In this document: one piece after another, positions 10,552 through 19,505 of the stretch | Position numbering within the stretch: position 1 is the stretch's first letter | How the letters are laid out: the number at the start of each line of letters is the position of its first letter | Assembly (NCBI GenBank): GCA_000002435.2 | Contig: CM018792.1 | Strand: one strand, 5' to 3' | DNA: 64,000 nucleotides | Origin: Giardia intestinalis | Taxonomy: Eukaryota | Translations under genes and position numbers: made by a program | Notes under the pieces: generated by a model | The model's input: the letters and a program-made list of their open reading frames with translations, nothing else | Databases searched by the model: none | What the model was told of the DNA's origin: nothing

Positions 10552-11240
10552 GAGTAGCACAGTTATAGCGTCTATCAGCTCATTTGCTTATTCCTTATAA
10601 TTTGACGTAGAAGTGATGGAAAGTACTAGGTTTACTTGTGACTAAATTCTCAATCACTTGCTCATACTAATTTTTTAATGTACACTTACAATCTTGGAGT
10701 ATCTGTAAATACATTATACTGGTTGAATGCCTATGTAGCTAAATTCATAAAAGCTGTCATACGTTGCGCAGTCATCGTACCATATGGTGAACCGTGAGCA
10801 AACGTTTGTGTACTTTTATGTTAAAATAAGTATATCAGCTCTGCTAATATCTCTCACACGATGGTTGTATCAGCACAACACTACTTCATAATAGGCTGAC
10901 TTGGGAGTTCCTCGCTTGAAAAATCTTAGGCCTAGATCCCGTTTGCATAGGTCTACTCCACACCGGCACCACAAGGATACAATGTGTGTAAATGTGTTAA
11001 CACCTGAGACTCATGGCCGAAGGACATCATGCATAGATCAAAATGCAACTGGTCATCACTATCAAAAAGCCAAAATAGCGGTGACACCTTTCAGCATACA
11101 CAGATGCCAAGTTCTCCGAGAAGTAATCCACCAAAGGTATTGCTGTCGATAATTCGCTAAATTGTTTCTAAGAAATTAGTTACCTAAATAGGAGCTAGAA
11201 AACATAGTGTAGCCACAAAACTATAAAGAGCTGATACATG

Positions 11241-12809
11241 TTAAGCGAGCCCCATTAGGCGAGCCCAGGTTGGATGCGTTGTGGTGTGTGCCGCAAGATC
11301 CATAGGAAGTAAGTAAGGCTTCGGGCCATCGCCAACTTGAATAGAAACCCCCGTGAGATAGGGAAATCCCGTGGCTTCAATAACCAGTTTGCTGAGCAGC
11401 TCGTGACTGTCCTTTTCAAGTGAAAAGAGCAGGCCCTTTATGGATTCAACAGTTGTTTGCAAAGCAATGCTATGTTCAACACGTAAGTTAGACCGTTGAG
11501 GGGTAATGCACTGGCTAAGCTCAGTCGGTGTTATTTTAAGTGGATGGACCAATAACCGTTTAAGGTCAGACGGAGCCATGGAATCCAAAAGGGCATCTAT
11601 TTCACAGTACCACTTAAGTGCAGAGGTATTGATCAGAGACATCACAGGGCCATCCGAATTAAGAGAGTCACTACCTTGCATAGTGTTTTCAATATCGCTA
11701 CTGCTCCTTCCAGGGGAAAGCGGTGCAGTAAAGACAGTCCTGAAGCCGGTCCTAACCTCCCTATAGAACGCCACAAAGGCTTCCCCGGATCTAATACTAT
11801 CCTGAGTTTTTCTAATCAATTTCAGAACATCGGATTTAGATTGTAGCTTAAAAAATAATTTAAACCTTTGATTATATTCAGTGATAGGGAAATCCTCAAC
11901 ACCATGCAACGCTGAGAGTATGTCTTCAGTGCTTAGCTGGATATCGATGGATGAAGAACTGATTGTGTTAGAAATGTTTGCAAGAGATACGACGTCATCG
12001 CGCACTACATCTAAGAGATGCTTTTGGTAGAAGTCATTTTCATTTTGGGATAGCTCACTAGGCTGTACGCGTAACGCTTGATGGACGATTATCGGTGATA
12101 GCTTATACAGTGGCCTCATCGTTGAGCTTTGCTGCTTTCCAGCGCTAAGTTCAAGGCCATTGGAGAAAATAGAGAGAGTTTCTTTTAGAAAATACCGCCC
12201 TCCACAGAGGGCAGCAAACAGATCGTCTGGAAGGACGTCCGGCACCTGTACATTAAACGCTAGAGAGAGTGCAAGCAACCGCCCAAAGATGAAGGGCAGG
12301 CTTGTGGTAGAAGACCGTCTAGGTTGAACATCACGCCCAACTATTGGCACAGGAATCTGAAGTCTCGGGTAGAGTGTTCGATTGTATTCTAAGAAAAGCG
12401 CCGAATCCCTCAGTCCAGTTGCAGAGGAATTTTGGATTATAGATCGCATAATCATTGAAATACCGACTCTAATGTCCTCGTGGCTGCTAAGATGGGGCAT
12501 GTCAGAGAGCGCGAATATCGGTATCTTAATGCTAGGGTCAGAGCTGTCCAAAAATGGAATCAGATCGTCAAACGCAGTCTCCTTGGATATAGAACACTCA
12601 GCAATGCTACTTCGCAGCACCATCAGCTCAATAAAGGCTCTCTTAAGATGAATACAACACTTTGGAAGATTTTGCGCGCATTGATTGGCAAAGGGACTTT
12701 TTGCGAAATGGATCTGTTCGGCTATGGAATACATCTCTAGTCGGTGTGCAACAGACCGGACGAAGGTGTTAGCCTCTTCTGTCGTGATATCCCTTTCAAT
12801 AACTGACAT
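11241..12809 (-). CDS. Hypothetical protein (~522 aa)
   Basis: Long uninterrupted ORF. The track start at 12881 is TTG; the first ATG is at 12809-12807 (MSVIERDITT...). No recognisable domain. Confidence 0.55.
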   Translation of the reverse strand: MSVIERDITTEEANTFVRSVAHRLEMYSIAEQIHFAKSPFANQCAQNLPKCCIHLKRAFIELMVLRSSIAECSISKETAFDDLIPFLDSSDPSIKIPIFALSDMPHLSSHEDIRVGISMIMRSIIQNSSATGLRDSALFLEYNRTLYPRLQIPVPIVGRDVQPRRSSTTSLPFIFGRLLALSLAFNVQVPDVLPDDLFAALCGGRYFLKETLSIFSNGLELSAGKQQSSTMRPLYKLSPIIVHQALRVQPSELSQNENDFYQKHLLDVVRDDVVSLANISNTISSSSIDIQLSTEDILSALHGVEDFPITEYNQRFKLFFKLQSKSDVLKLIRKTQDSIRSGEAFVAFYREVRTGFRTVFTAPLSPGRSSSDIENTMQGSDSLNSDGPVMSLINTSALKWYCEIDALLDSMAPSDLKRLLVHPLKITPTELSQCITPQRSNLRVEHSIALQTTVESIKGLLFSLEKDSHELLSKLVIEATGFPYLTGVSIQVGDGPKPYLLPMDLAAHTTTHPTWARLMGLA

Positions 12810-12839
12810 CCCAAGCCCCCAACGTTTTATAAAATTTGA
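12810..12839. promoter_or_regulatory. 30-bp AT-rich bidirectional promoter/initiator shared by the divergent genes 11241-12809(-) and 12840-15908(+)
   Basis: The two ATG codons lie at 12809 (minus) and 12840 (plus). The spacer is CCCAAGCCCCCAACGTTTTATAAAATTTGA, AT-rich on both flanks. Confidence 0.5.
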
Positions 12840-15800
12840 ATGCCGCCGACAGACACTAACCAGAGCGTCCAGAAGGCTCAATCAATATTAGATAAATTAG
12901 TAGAAGATAACATCATCGACCGCACGCTCCACAGCATATTTCTGTCAAAGTACAAGAAGGCTGTTGATGTGCTCACTCAATCCCTGCAGAATGAAGCCGT
13001 GCACCTTAACCATCTACAAGATCTCACCACGATGATAGAGACGACAGAACAGACGCTGCAGAGCGAGACCAGGAAGCAGTCTGCCGTCGCCCAGCAGATT
13101 CTGCGGCTGAGGACGGAGCTTTCAGAGAGGGAATCGTGCATTGTGACGCTTCAAGACGACTACACGAAGCTCTCTGCTGAAGAAACCATGCTTATGGAGG
13201 AAAAGACTCTGCTTGAACACGAGCTCACTCTTAGGCGAAATGAATATGCAGAGTCTCTTAGACCACGTATTGCTGCTTTAGAAATGGAGAACAAGGGTAC
13301 TCGTGATAGCATAGCATCCATGGAAGCAATCGAATCGAACTTACAGGCGGAAATAGCACTCAGCGCGAAGCAGCTGGATACCCTTGTCTCTGCCAATAAT
13401 GTTATAGAAGATGAACTGCGGAAGATAACCACAGACAAACAGAGAGCAGGATTGTTGCCAGAAAAGTATCAGCGGCAAGCTGCACTAGTACAGCAGGCGC
13501 TAAATGCTGCCCAAGTCGATGCACAGAAACGTGAAAAGCGATATAATGAGGTGCAAGGTTCATTTGAAAGCGCGCAGGCATCTCTCGAGAACATCAATAA
13601 AGAAATAGCCAACATATGTAACCAGTACACTGATCTCCGCAGCACAGCACTGGCAGCTTGTGTTAAGGAAACTGAACAACATACCAAAGAGCTGCGACAG
13701 ATCAAGACACAGATACGTACTTTGACAGAGGAAAATGCCGTCTTAATGCTCAAAGAAAAGACAACCAAAGCTGCTAAGCAGCTAGACCTTTCGAATGTTG
13801 ACAATTTAAACAAGCAAATAAAAGCACAGCAAAAGAAGATCCAGCGGGTAGAGGCGTTGATATCAAGGAACGAAGAAGCACTAGAGCCGGTGCAAAAGCA
13901 GCTTAAAGACGTTGCAGAGGAAATAAGTACAGAGAAGAATAAGGCCAAGGTTACGACTTCTAAAGTGGAGGCAGTGCGGGGCGAATTGCATAAGAAGATG
14001 CTTCTCTTAGCTAACTCCCTTAACGTGGACGACGACTTTTCTAAGAAGCTGTTGGGGGCTGCAGATTGCAACAAAAAGCACCAGCAAACAGTCAATGAGG
14101 CAGCTGCAGAGTCTAGAGAGCTGGCGGTGCAGATAAAGGTTTGTCAATCTGCACAGCAGGCAGAGACCTCGAGGCTCGCCAAACTTAACTCGAACCTTAA
14201 GCAGCTCATCAGCGAGTTACAAGTTAAAGATACAGAGGCCGACCGATTGTCAATAGAACTGCACAATCTCGAGTCCCGTATGGCAGATTTTTCAATCATG
14301 TACGAGCAGCTGAAAACTCAGAAGAACCGATTGGCTCGCCTGTCGCAAGAAGCCAAGCTTGCAATTTCAGAAATTCAGAAGAAAATTGCAGTGTTAACAT
14401 CCGAGTCCGAGCTTCTTTCTAACGAGTCGCGAGAAAAGTCAAACTTGCTTTCACGTCAAGCCATTGATACAAAAGATGCCCGGCGCAAGGCATCTCAGAT
14501 GTGCCAGAAGCTAGCAGATCAGAAGCGCATCCTCCGTAATCTACACGAGGAGGTCGAACAGCACGTTTCAGAAATAGAGAGCCTGGGGTCCTTGATTGCC
14601 AACGCAGAACAGCAGCTCTTTCAGTTACGAAACATGTACATTGAGGCTGTCGAGCAAAGAAACTATGCCGGAATACAATTGGTTGAGCGAAATGATGAAC
14701 TTTGCATGCTCTATGAGAGGCTCCACACGCAGGAAAACATCCTGCGTGACGCTGAGATCTTTATGAGTGCTCGAGAGGAAGATTTAAGAGTACTAAATAT
14801 AATGTATAAGGAACTTGAGAACGAACGCAATATTGTACGGAAAGACGTTACTACGGATCTCCCGAAATTAATTGAGGAGCGGGCATCTGTCCTCCAAGAA
14901 CTTGCTGAAGCACGTGCTGACAATGAGCAGCTTCTTTTGGATATCCGCGGCGGTGCTTGCGTAAAAGACGACGCAAAGGTAGAGATTTTGGACTTGACTA
15001 ATATCTATGATCCTCAACGGGCCGTTAAACCCGCTGATCCTGACGAGATTTTATTGACAAATGTTATAGATGCGCTAGATGACGGCCAGGGCAGTAATGA
15101 GTTGTCTAGAACTGCAAGCCTCAAGAAACTGAACCAACCTCTGCCGAGAATAGGATCTCTCTCTGCAGATAGCGCAGGAACAAAATCACAAGCACTGGAC
15201 AAATCAGCAACCCAAAAACAAGCAATTAGAAAGCGTACGCTAGGGAAAACGGAGCCGCTAATGGCAAAGTGGAACATGGTCGGGGCGACAGAGCCCGTGT
15301 CGCAGGAAAAGTTATTAGCCAAACAAAGGACGATAGAGGGTCGCATGCAGACTGTTCGGGAGACACTGCTAGAGAAGTTCATATTCAATGAAGAACTGGA
15401 TAGACTAATTGCACAGCTCCAAGAAGATATAGAAGCAGCAAAGCGCGCAGTACCAGCAGAGATCACCACCAAACTCAACTCTACACGAACCCAGCTACGA
15501 GGTGTTACCCGAAAGCTAATGGCCATGGTGTCCGAAGTCTCTATGGAGCAAGCCACAATCATGAAGTTGAAGGCTGTTGCCGAGCAGTTAGAAGATACCG
15601 TGGTCGCCGCAAAGGAGCGTCTAAACATGGGTCTTGCACCAACAGATGAGATAGAGCACGAATGGCTAATTGCGCATCAACATGAAGTGGAGTATCAGCA
15701 CAGCAGAATGTTACTTGAGCAAGAGCTGGCTTCACAAGTTCCTGGCCTTGTACAAACGACTGCTAAGCCTCGATTCGACAGCTATATGTCTCAAGAGAGT

Positions 15801-15908
15801 GGGCTGCCACGGCCCTACGGTGGAAGGGCGCCATTTGCCCCTGCAGATCCTGCACCAAATATCTCCAGGTTCATCAAAAAGCCAGGGCCAGTAGCCATAG
15901 AAATATAG
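12840..15908 (+). CDS. Long coiled-coil protein (1022 aa), a probable cytoskeletal/structural protein
   Basis: ATG verified at 12840. Almost the entire sequence is heptad-like and rich in E/K/Q/L/R (e.g. LQSETRKQSAVAQQILRLRTELSERES...), with no enzymatic motifs. Confidence 0.7.
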   Translation: MPPTDTNQSVQKAQSILDKLVEDNIIDRTLHSIFLSKYKKAVDVLTQSLQNEAVHLNHLQDLTTMIETTEQTLQSETRKQSAVAQQILRLRTELSERESCIVTLQDDYTKLSAEETMLMEEKTLLEHELTLRRNEYAESLRPRIAALEMENKGTRDSIASMEAIESNLQAEIALSAKQLDTLVSANNVIEDELRKITTDKQRAGLLPEKYQRQAALVQQALNAAQVDAQKREKRYNEVQGSFESAQASLENINKEIANICNQYTDLRSTALAACVKETEQHTKELRQIKTQIRTLTEENAVLMLKEKTTKAAKQLDLSNVDNLNKQIKAQQKKIQRVEALISRNEEALEPVQKQLKDVAEEISTEKNKAKVTTSKVEAVRGELHKKMLLLANSLNVDDDFSKKLLGAADCNKKHQQTVNEAAAESRELAVQIKVCQSAQQAETSRLAKLNSNLKQLISELQVKDTEADRLSIELHNLESRMADFSIMYEQLKTQKNRLARLSQEAKLAISEIQKKIAVLTSESELLSNESREKSNLLSRQAIDTKDARRKASQMCQKLADQKRILRNLHEEVEQHVSEIESLGSLIANAEQQLFQLRNMYIEAVEQRNYAGIQLVERNDELCMLYERLHTQENILRDAEIFMSAREEDLRVLNIMYKELENERNIVRKDVTTDLPKLIEERASVLQELAEARADNEQLLLDIRGGACVKDDAKVEILDLTNIYDPQRAVKPADPDEILLTNVIDALDDGQGSNELSRTASLKKLNQPLPRIGSLSADSAGTKSQALDKSATQKQAIRKRTLGKTEPLMAKWNMVGATEPVSQEKLLAKQRTIEGRMQTVRETLLEKFIFNEELDRLIAQLQEDIEAAKRAVPAEITTKLNSTRTQLRGVTRKLMAMVSEVSMEQATIMKLKAVAEQLEDTVVAAKERLNMGLAPTDEIEHEWLIAHQHEVEYQHSRMLLEQELASQVPGLVQTTAKPRFDSYMSQESGLPRPYGGRAPFAPADPAPNISRFIKKPGPVAIEI

Positions 15909-16110
15909 ATAGCAGCTTAAGGGTAGACAGTCGTGGTTAATGAGGAGCTTCTGTAGGAGTTGCAAGTTATTGTATAATGGCGCTCTTTGAAGGGTGTTGT
16001 ACATAAAGTGAAGCATAGTGTTACTATGTTCTCCATGTTCATTTATAACCTTGTGGCACAAACTGGATGGTCAGGACATACGTGTGATGTAGAGCACTTT
16101 AATAGTCTGA

Positions 16111-17574
16111 TTACCCACATCTATTTGCTGCAGAACATCCTCGAGGAGAGCTTACACTGTTACTTTTTCTGCATTTACAGTCAGTATTCAGCTTAATCCA
16201 TCCTACGCTAGTCTTTGTAACCACTGTTGTTTCGTTGAGATGAAATGTTGCTGGATTGCTGGGATTGTTTATTGCCGGACTGAAAATTGTAATAAATGTG
16301 TTACCATCTGGTGATACTGGTCTAAATCGCTTGTCTTTGTGAATGGTTATGTCTGCACTTCTGGGTGTATTGGGTATACTTGTGCTTCTTGCTGATGATC
16401 CATGATTTGTGTATCCTATGTTTCGTATCTGCAGAGGGAACTCTATGGGCACTGAGGTGTAAGGGCTGCTAATAGGGCCTCCTAGCTTCAACAGTGGGGA
16501 AGGCCGAACGATCAGGTGCGACGTTGGCCGTGTACTGGAGACTTTCTTAGGTGACAGTTGCGGTTTTCGAGTTGTGGAATTAGCACCTCGTTTGTTACTA
16601 TTTGGATTGCTTGGGAGCATAGAGGGAGTAGGTGAGGATACAGTGGTGGGTCTGGTCGGGCTGTTTGACCGAAGACTAGGTCGTAGATGCATCGTGGGAG
16701 TTGTGGGAGACGGGGTATTTTTATCTATACCTGTTGCATTGCGTTTAAACGAGAGGAGATTGCTTCCTTCATTGAGTAGCTTGTTTGTGCATGACAGCGG
16801 ATACAAACTGGGCGAATTATGTCTTTGACGAACTGACGCTGGAGGCGAGGAAATGGAAGGCCGAGCTAGTGAGGATTGACGGCGCTGCACTTGATTGGGG
16901 CTTGCTGACAAGGAAGATCTTTTCTGTTGCCGCCACGCAGGACTTGCAGAGGTAAAGCAAACAACTTGTGGCACTTTAGTCATAGTGTATATTGCATTAT
17001 GTGCCTTAGAACTAAAAGCTGACCGTCGTGATAGCTGTGTAAGAGGGATCTGGTTAACGGCAGTGTTCTCTATGGGAGAAGTACCCTTGTAAGCTCTACC
17101 GCTAGTGGATGGGGTGTTAGTGGGTGGATCTAAGTGTGGCTTATCTGTACGTGCGGCCCTGCTACACCCAGCACTGACTGGTGAAGTACTGCTTCGAGTA
17201 TGGTTTAGTCCAGTACCAGAGCCCAGAGGCTTAGCAAGTGATGTTGTTAATGATGTGCTTGTAGTAGCGCGATGATAGGAAACAACGGGCGCAGATCCTA
17301 TGCGGCTGGCATGTACTGTAGGGGTGGCAAAGGCCGCCATATCGATAAGGTCATCACTGCTACTGTCGCTACACGCTAACTGCATAGAAACAAGAGAAGG
17401 GTCGTATGTGCTGAGGTAAGGGGCGTGTGCAGAGGCGGAAAGACTGGCCAATTGAGTTGTCCGATTGGATGAATTCTGGGATAACTGCAGCGTCCCAGAA
17501 GCTATATCATCGAGCCGGATTGGATGAATGAGCTCAATGTTCACTGAACTATCATCAAAGGGGGAACCTTCCAT
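16111..17574 (-). CDS. Ser/Thr/Pro-rich low-complexity protein (487 aa)
   Basis: ATG verified at 17574-17572. It is a 1.46-kb open frame dominated by S, T and P. Low-complexity sequence can stay open by chance, so confidence is moderate. Confidence 0.4.
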   Translation of the reverse strand: MEGSPFDDSSVNIELIHPIRLDDIASGTLQLSQNSSNRTTQLASLSASAHAPYLSTYDPSLVSMQLACSDSSSDDLIDMAAFATPTVHASRIGSAPVVSYHRATTSTSLTTSLAKPLGSGTGLNHTRSSTSPVSAGCSRAARTDKPHLDPPTNTPSTSGRAYKGTSPIENTAVNQIPLTQLSRRSAFSSKAHNAIYTMTKVPQVVCFTSASPAWRQQKRSSLSASPNQVQRRQSSLARPSISSPPASVRQRHNSPSLYPLSCTNKLLNEGSNLLSFKRNATGIDKNTPSPTTPTMHLRPSLRSNSPTRPTTVSSPTPSMLPSNPNSNKRGANSTTRKPQLSPKKVSSTRPTSHLIVRPSPLLKLGGPISSPYTSVPIEFPLQIRNIGYTNHGSSARSTSIPNTPRSADITIHKDKRFRPVSPDGNTFITIFSPAINNPSNPATFHLNETTVVTKTSVGWIKLNTDCKCRKSNSVSSPRGCSAANRCG

Positions 17575-17611
17575 TAAAAATTATCCAAACCATTTTACCT
17601 TAGGATTTAGT

Positions 17612-19072
17612 TTACATGTCTGTAAGTAGAGTGTCGCTTATAGATAGAGTGCGCTCTAATGGTTTCTTTTTCAGAATAACACCATCCTCATTAACCTTTT
17701 CCATAAGCACATAGGACCGACCAGACCTGTCTCCATAAATAGATACGGTAGAGTGCGGCGCAGAATCACCAGTAGCCATTGATACTTCTTGAGAAGAAAA
17801 CTGCTGAACACCCGCTAATGAAGCATCTGTCATTGAGTACGTACTCAGTGATCGTTTTGTCTTGCTCGCGGAAATCTGGGCCTCTTTAACAGGGACAGGC
17901 AGCAATGGGTCGAACGCTTCAATGGTCCGCTCCAAGGGAATGTTAACGGCTGTGCTAGTGGCAAGCGGATAAACAGGTATATATGATGTGCAATCTACCA
18001 ATCGTGCACAGATGAGAAGAAGCGAATGGACAAGGCCCCCCATGAAGTCATGATTGATACCTACTTGGGTTTGCTTAGGAAACAGAAGAGCAAGGACGAT
18101 GTGGGAATCAAATTGAGTAGTGGACGCAGAAGGCTGTAAAATGCACTTGATGAGCAGTAGCTGAACCGGAAAAACTATTTCGTCTAGAGAGCTATTGCTT
18201 GAAGACGCCGATAACACACTCAGGCTGAGGTCGTCATCGGACCCAGGCCGATTTGATCCGTCACTCTGAAGCCTCTCAGTTGAAGCAAGATCCTTTGGCA
18301 AAACAGAGTTAGTCAGTTTTCTAATCCTATCTCGAACAAGAGAAAGGTTCCCTAAGGACTCGTCGAAGAAGAGGTTTTGCAGAGACACATAGTTGCGGCT
18401 TGGGATTGCTTGGCCAACGGGGAGATCTGAAAAGACAGTGACTGCAGACTTAATTAGGACAAAGTTAGTCAGAAAAGGCCCCAAATCGCTCACTACAGTC
18501 CTCCCATTTCTAATCAAAGCACCGCCTATGGAGTGCAGTACCGTCCGCATGTGACTTAGTAGGGTTGCAGAAGCTAAAATGGGGGTAAGGAGATGCTTAG
18601 GAAGGGGAATATGATGGCAGTCGCGCAGTAGAACCAGTGCAAATGGAGAATCGGCCAAGAACCGAAACAGGAATGCATTCAGTGCAGAGGTTGTGGAGTC
18701 GTTTAAGCTGTTCAGCAAAGAGGGTGGCCGGTAATCCGGCAGATGTGCATATATTAGAAGAAGAACCATGTCCAAGGCGGCTAATATGTCGTCTGGTGGC
18801 ACCCGCTGGTCTTTAATAAACACAACATATGTCTGGTCTCTTCGTGCTATTCCAACTGTCTTTGAATCTATGTTGAATATGGTATGCTTATGTGCTGAAG
18901 AGCCAGAGAGCTCGTTAAGTACCGAAAATCCTCCAATGTATACAAGTAGCTGATCTCGCTCTCTCCTTGCCTCAGAGGATGCCGTCACATTTTTTCCCTC
19001 CTTGTAAAGGTAGTGTAGAGTCGAAGACTCTGTTTCACTATTTCCAACTGTGAAGACGGCACATGAGTTCAT
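17612..19072 (-). CDS. Hypothetical protein with a longin-like segment, possibly a Mon1/SAND-family trafficking protein
   Basis: The track start at 19186 is TTG; the first ATG is at 19072-19070 (MNSCAVFTVG...). The segment LLVYIGGFSVLNELSGSSAHKHTIFNIDSKTVGIARRDQTYVVFIKDQ resembles a longin/roadblock fold as in Mon1/Ccz1. The assignment is weak. Confidence 0.5.
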   Translation of the reverse strand: MNSCAVFTVGNSETESSTLHYLYKEGKNVTASSEARRERDQLLVYIGGFSVLNELSGSSAHKHTIFNIDSKTVGIARRDQTYVVFIKDQRVPPDDILAALDMVLLLIYAHLPDYRPPSLLNSLNDSTTSALNAFLFRFLADSPFALVLLRDCHHIPLPKHLLTPILASATLLSHMRTVLHSIGGALIRNGRTVVSDLGPFLTNFVLIKSAVTVFSDLPVGQAIPSRNYVSLQNLFFDESLGNLSLVRDRIRKLTNSVLPKDLASTERLQSDGSNRPGSDDDLSLSVLSASSSNSSLDEIVFPVQLLLIKCILQPSASTTQFDSHIVLALLFPKQTQVGINHDFMGGLVHSLLLICARLVDCTSYIPVYPLATSTAVNIPLERTIEAFDPLLPVPVKEAQISASKTKRSLSTYSMTDASLAGVQQFSSQEVSMATGDSAPHSTVSIYGDRSGRSYVLMEKVNEDGVILKKKPLERTLSISDTLLTDM

Positions 19073-19505
19073 TTTTGCTTTTACCTTGCTTTGCTGATTG
19101 TTTCTAATTGTGGCAAGGTTGGTTCTTTGGTCCTCTGACTGCAGTGTGTAGCAACATCGCTCCTGAGCTGACTTTTGTATGGACAAAGCCTGTGTGAAGA
19201 ACGACGGAGAGCACCTCAGGCAACAGGGGCCTGCTCATTTGCAGCTCACCAGATGCTTGGCTCCAAATATGATTGAACTCCCTTTTAGAGAAAGATCTTA
19301 GTGTGCTCAGTATGCTTTCGACGCCATGAAAAACATATCTAGGGTGTCGTTCGTTTGCAGCGATGTTGTAAGATATAGATTTTAGCGAGATGCTGAGCTG
19401 CTGCAAAGAGGGTATAGAACAGGCACAGATATCTAATTTCCAATCCAAAATTGGCTTTTACTTCGGTTTTTACTAATTTCGTTATCAAGAGCTGCCACAT
19501 ACCAA

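Noticed and set aside
13469-15628. Long antisense ORFs (208 aa at 13469-14095 and 204 aa at 15014-15628) inside the 1022-aa coiled-coil gene
   Set aside because: The sense strand is dominated by GAG/CAG/AAG/CTG codons whose reverse complements are also non-stop codons. The antisense products are Ser/Cys/Ala-rich nonsense with no ATG context. This is a typical compositional artifact.
19104-19448. 114-aa ORF overlapping the 5' end of the Mon1-like gene in another frame, a possible frameshift or alternative N-terminus
   Set aside because: Its 'start' is TTG and the first internal Met is two thirds of the way through. Nothing is recognisable in its sequence. The main frame has its own ATG with AT-rich upstream context.
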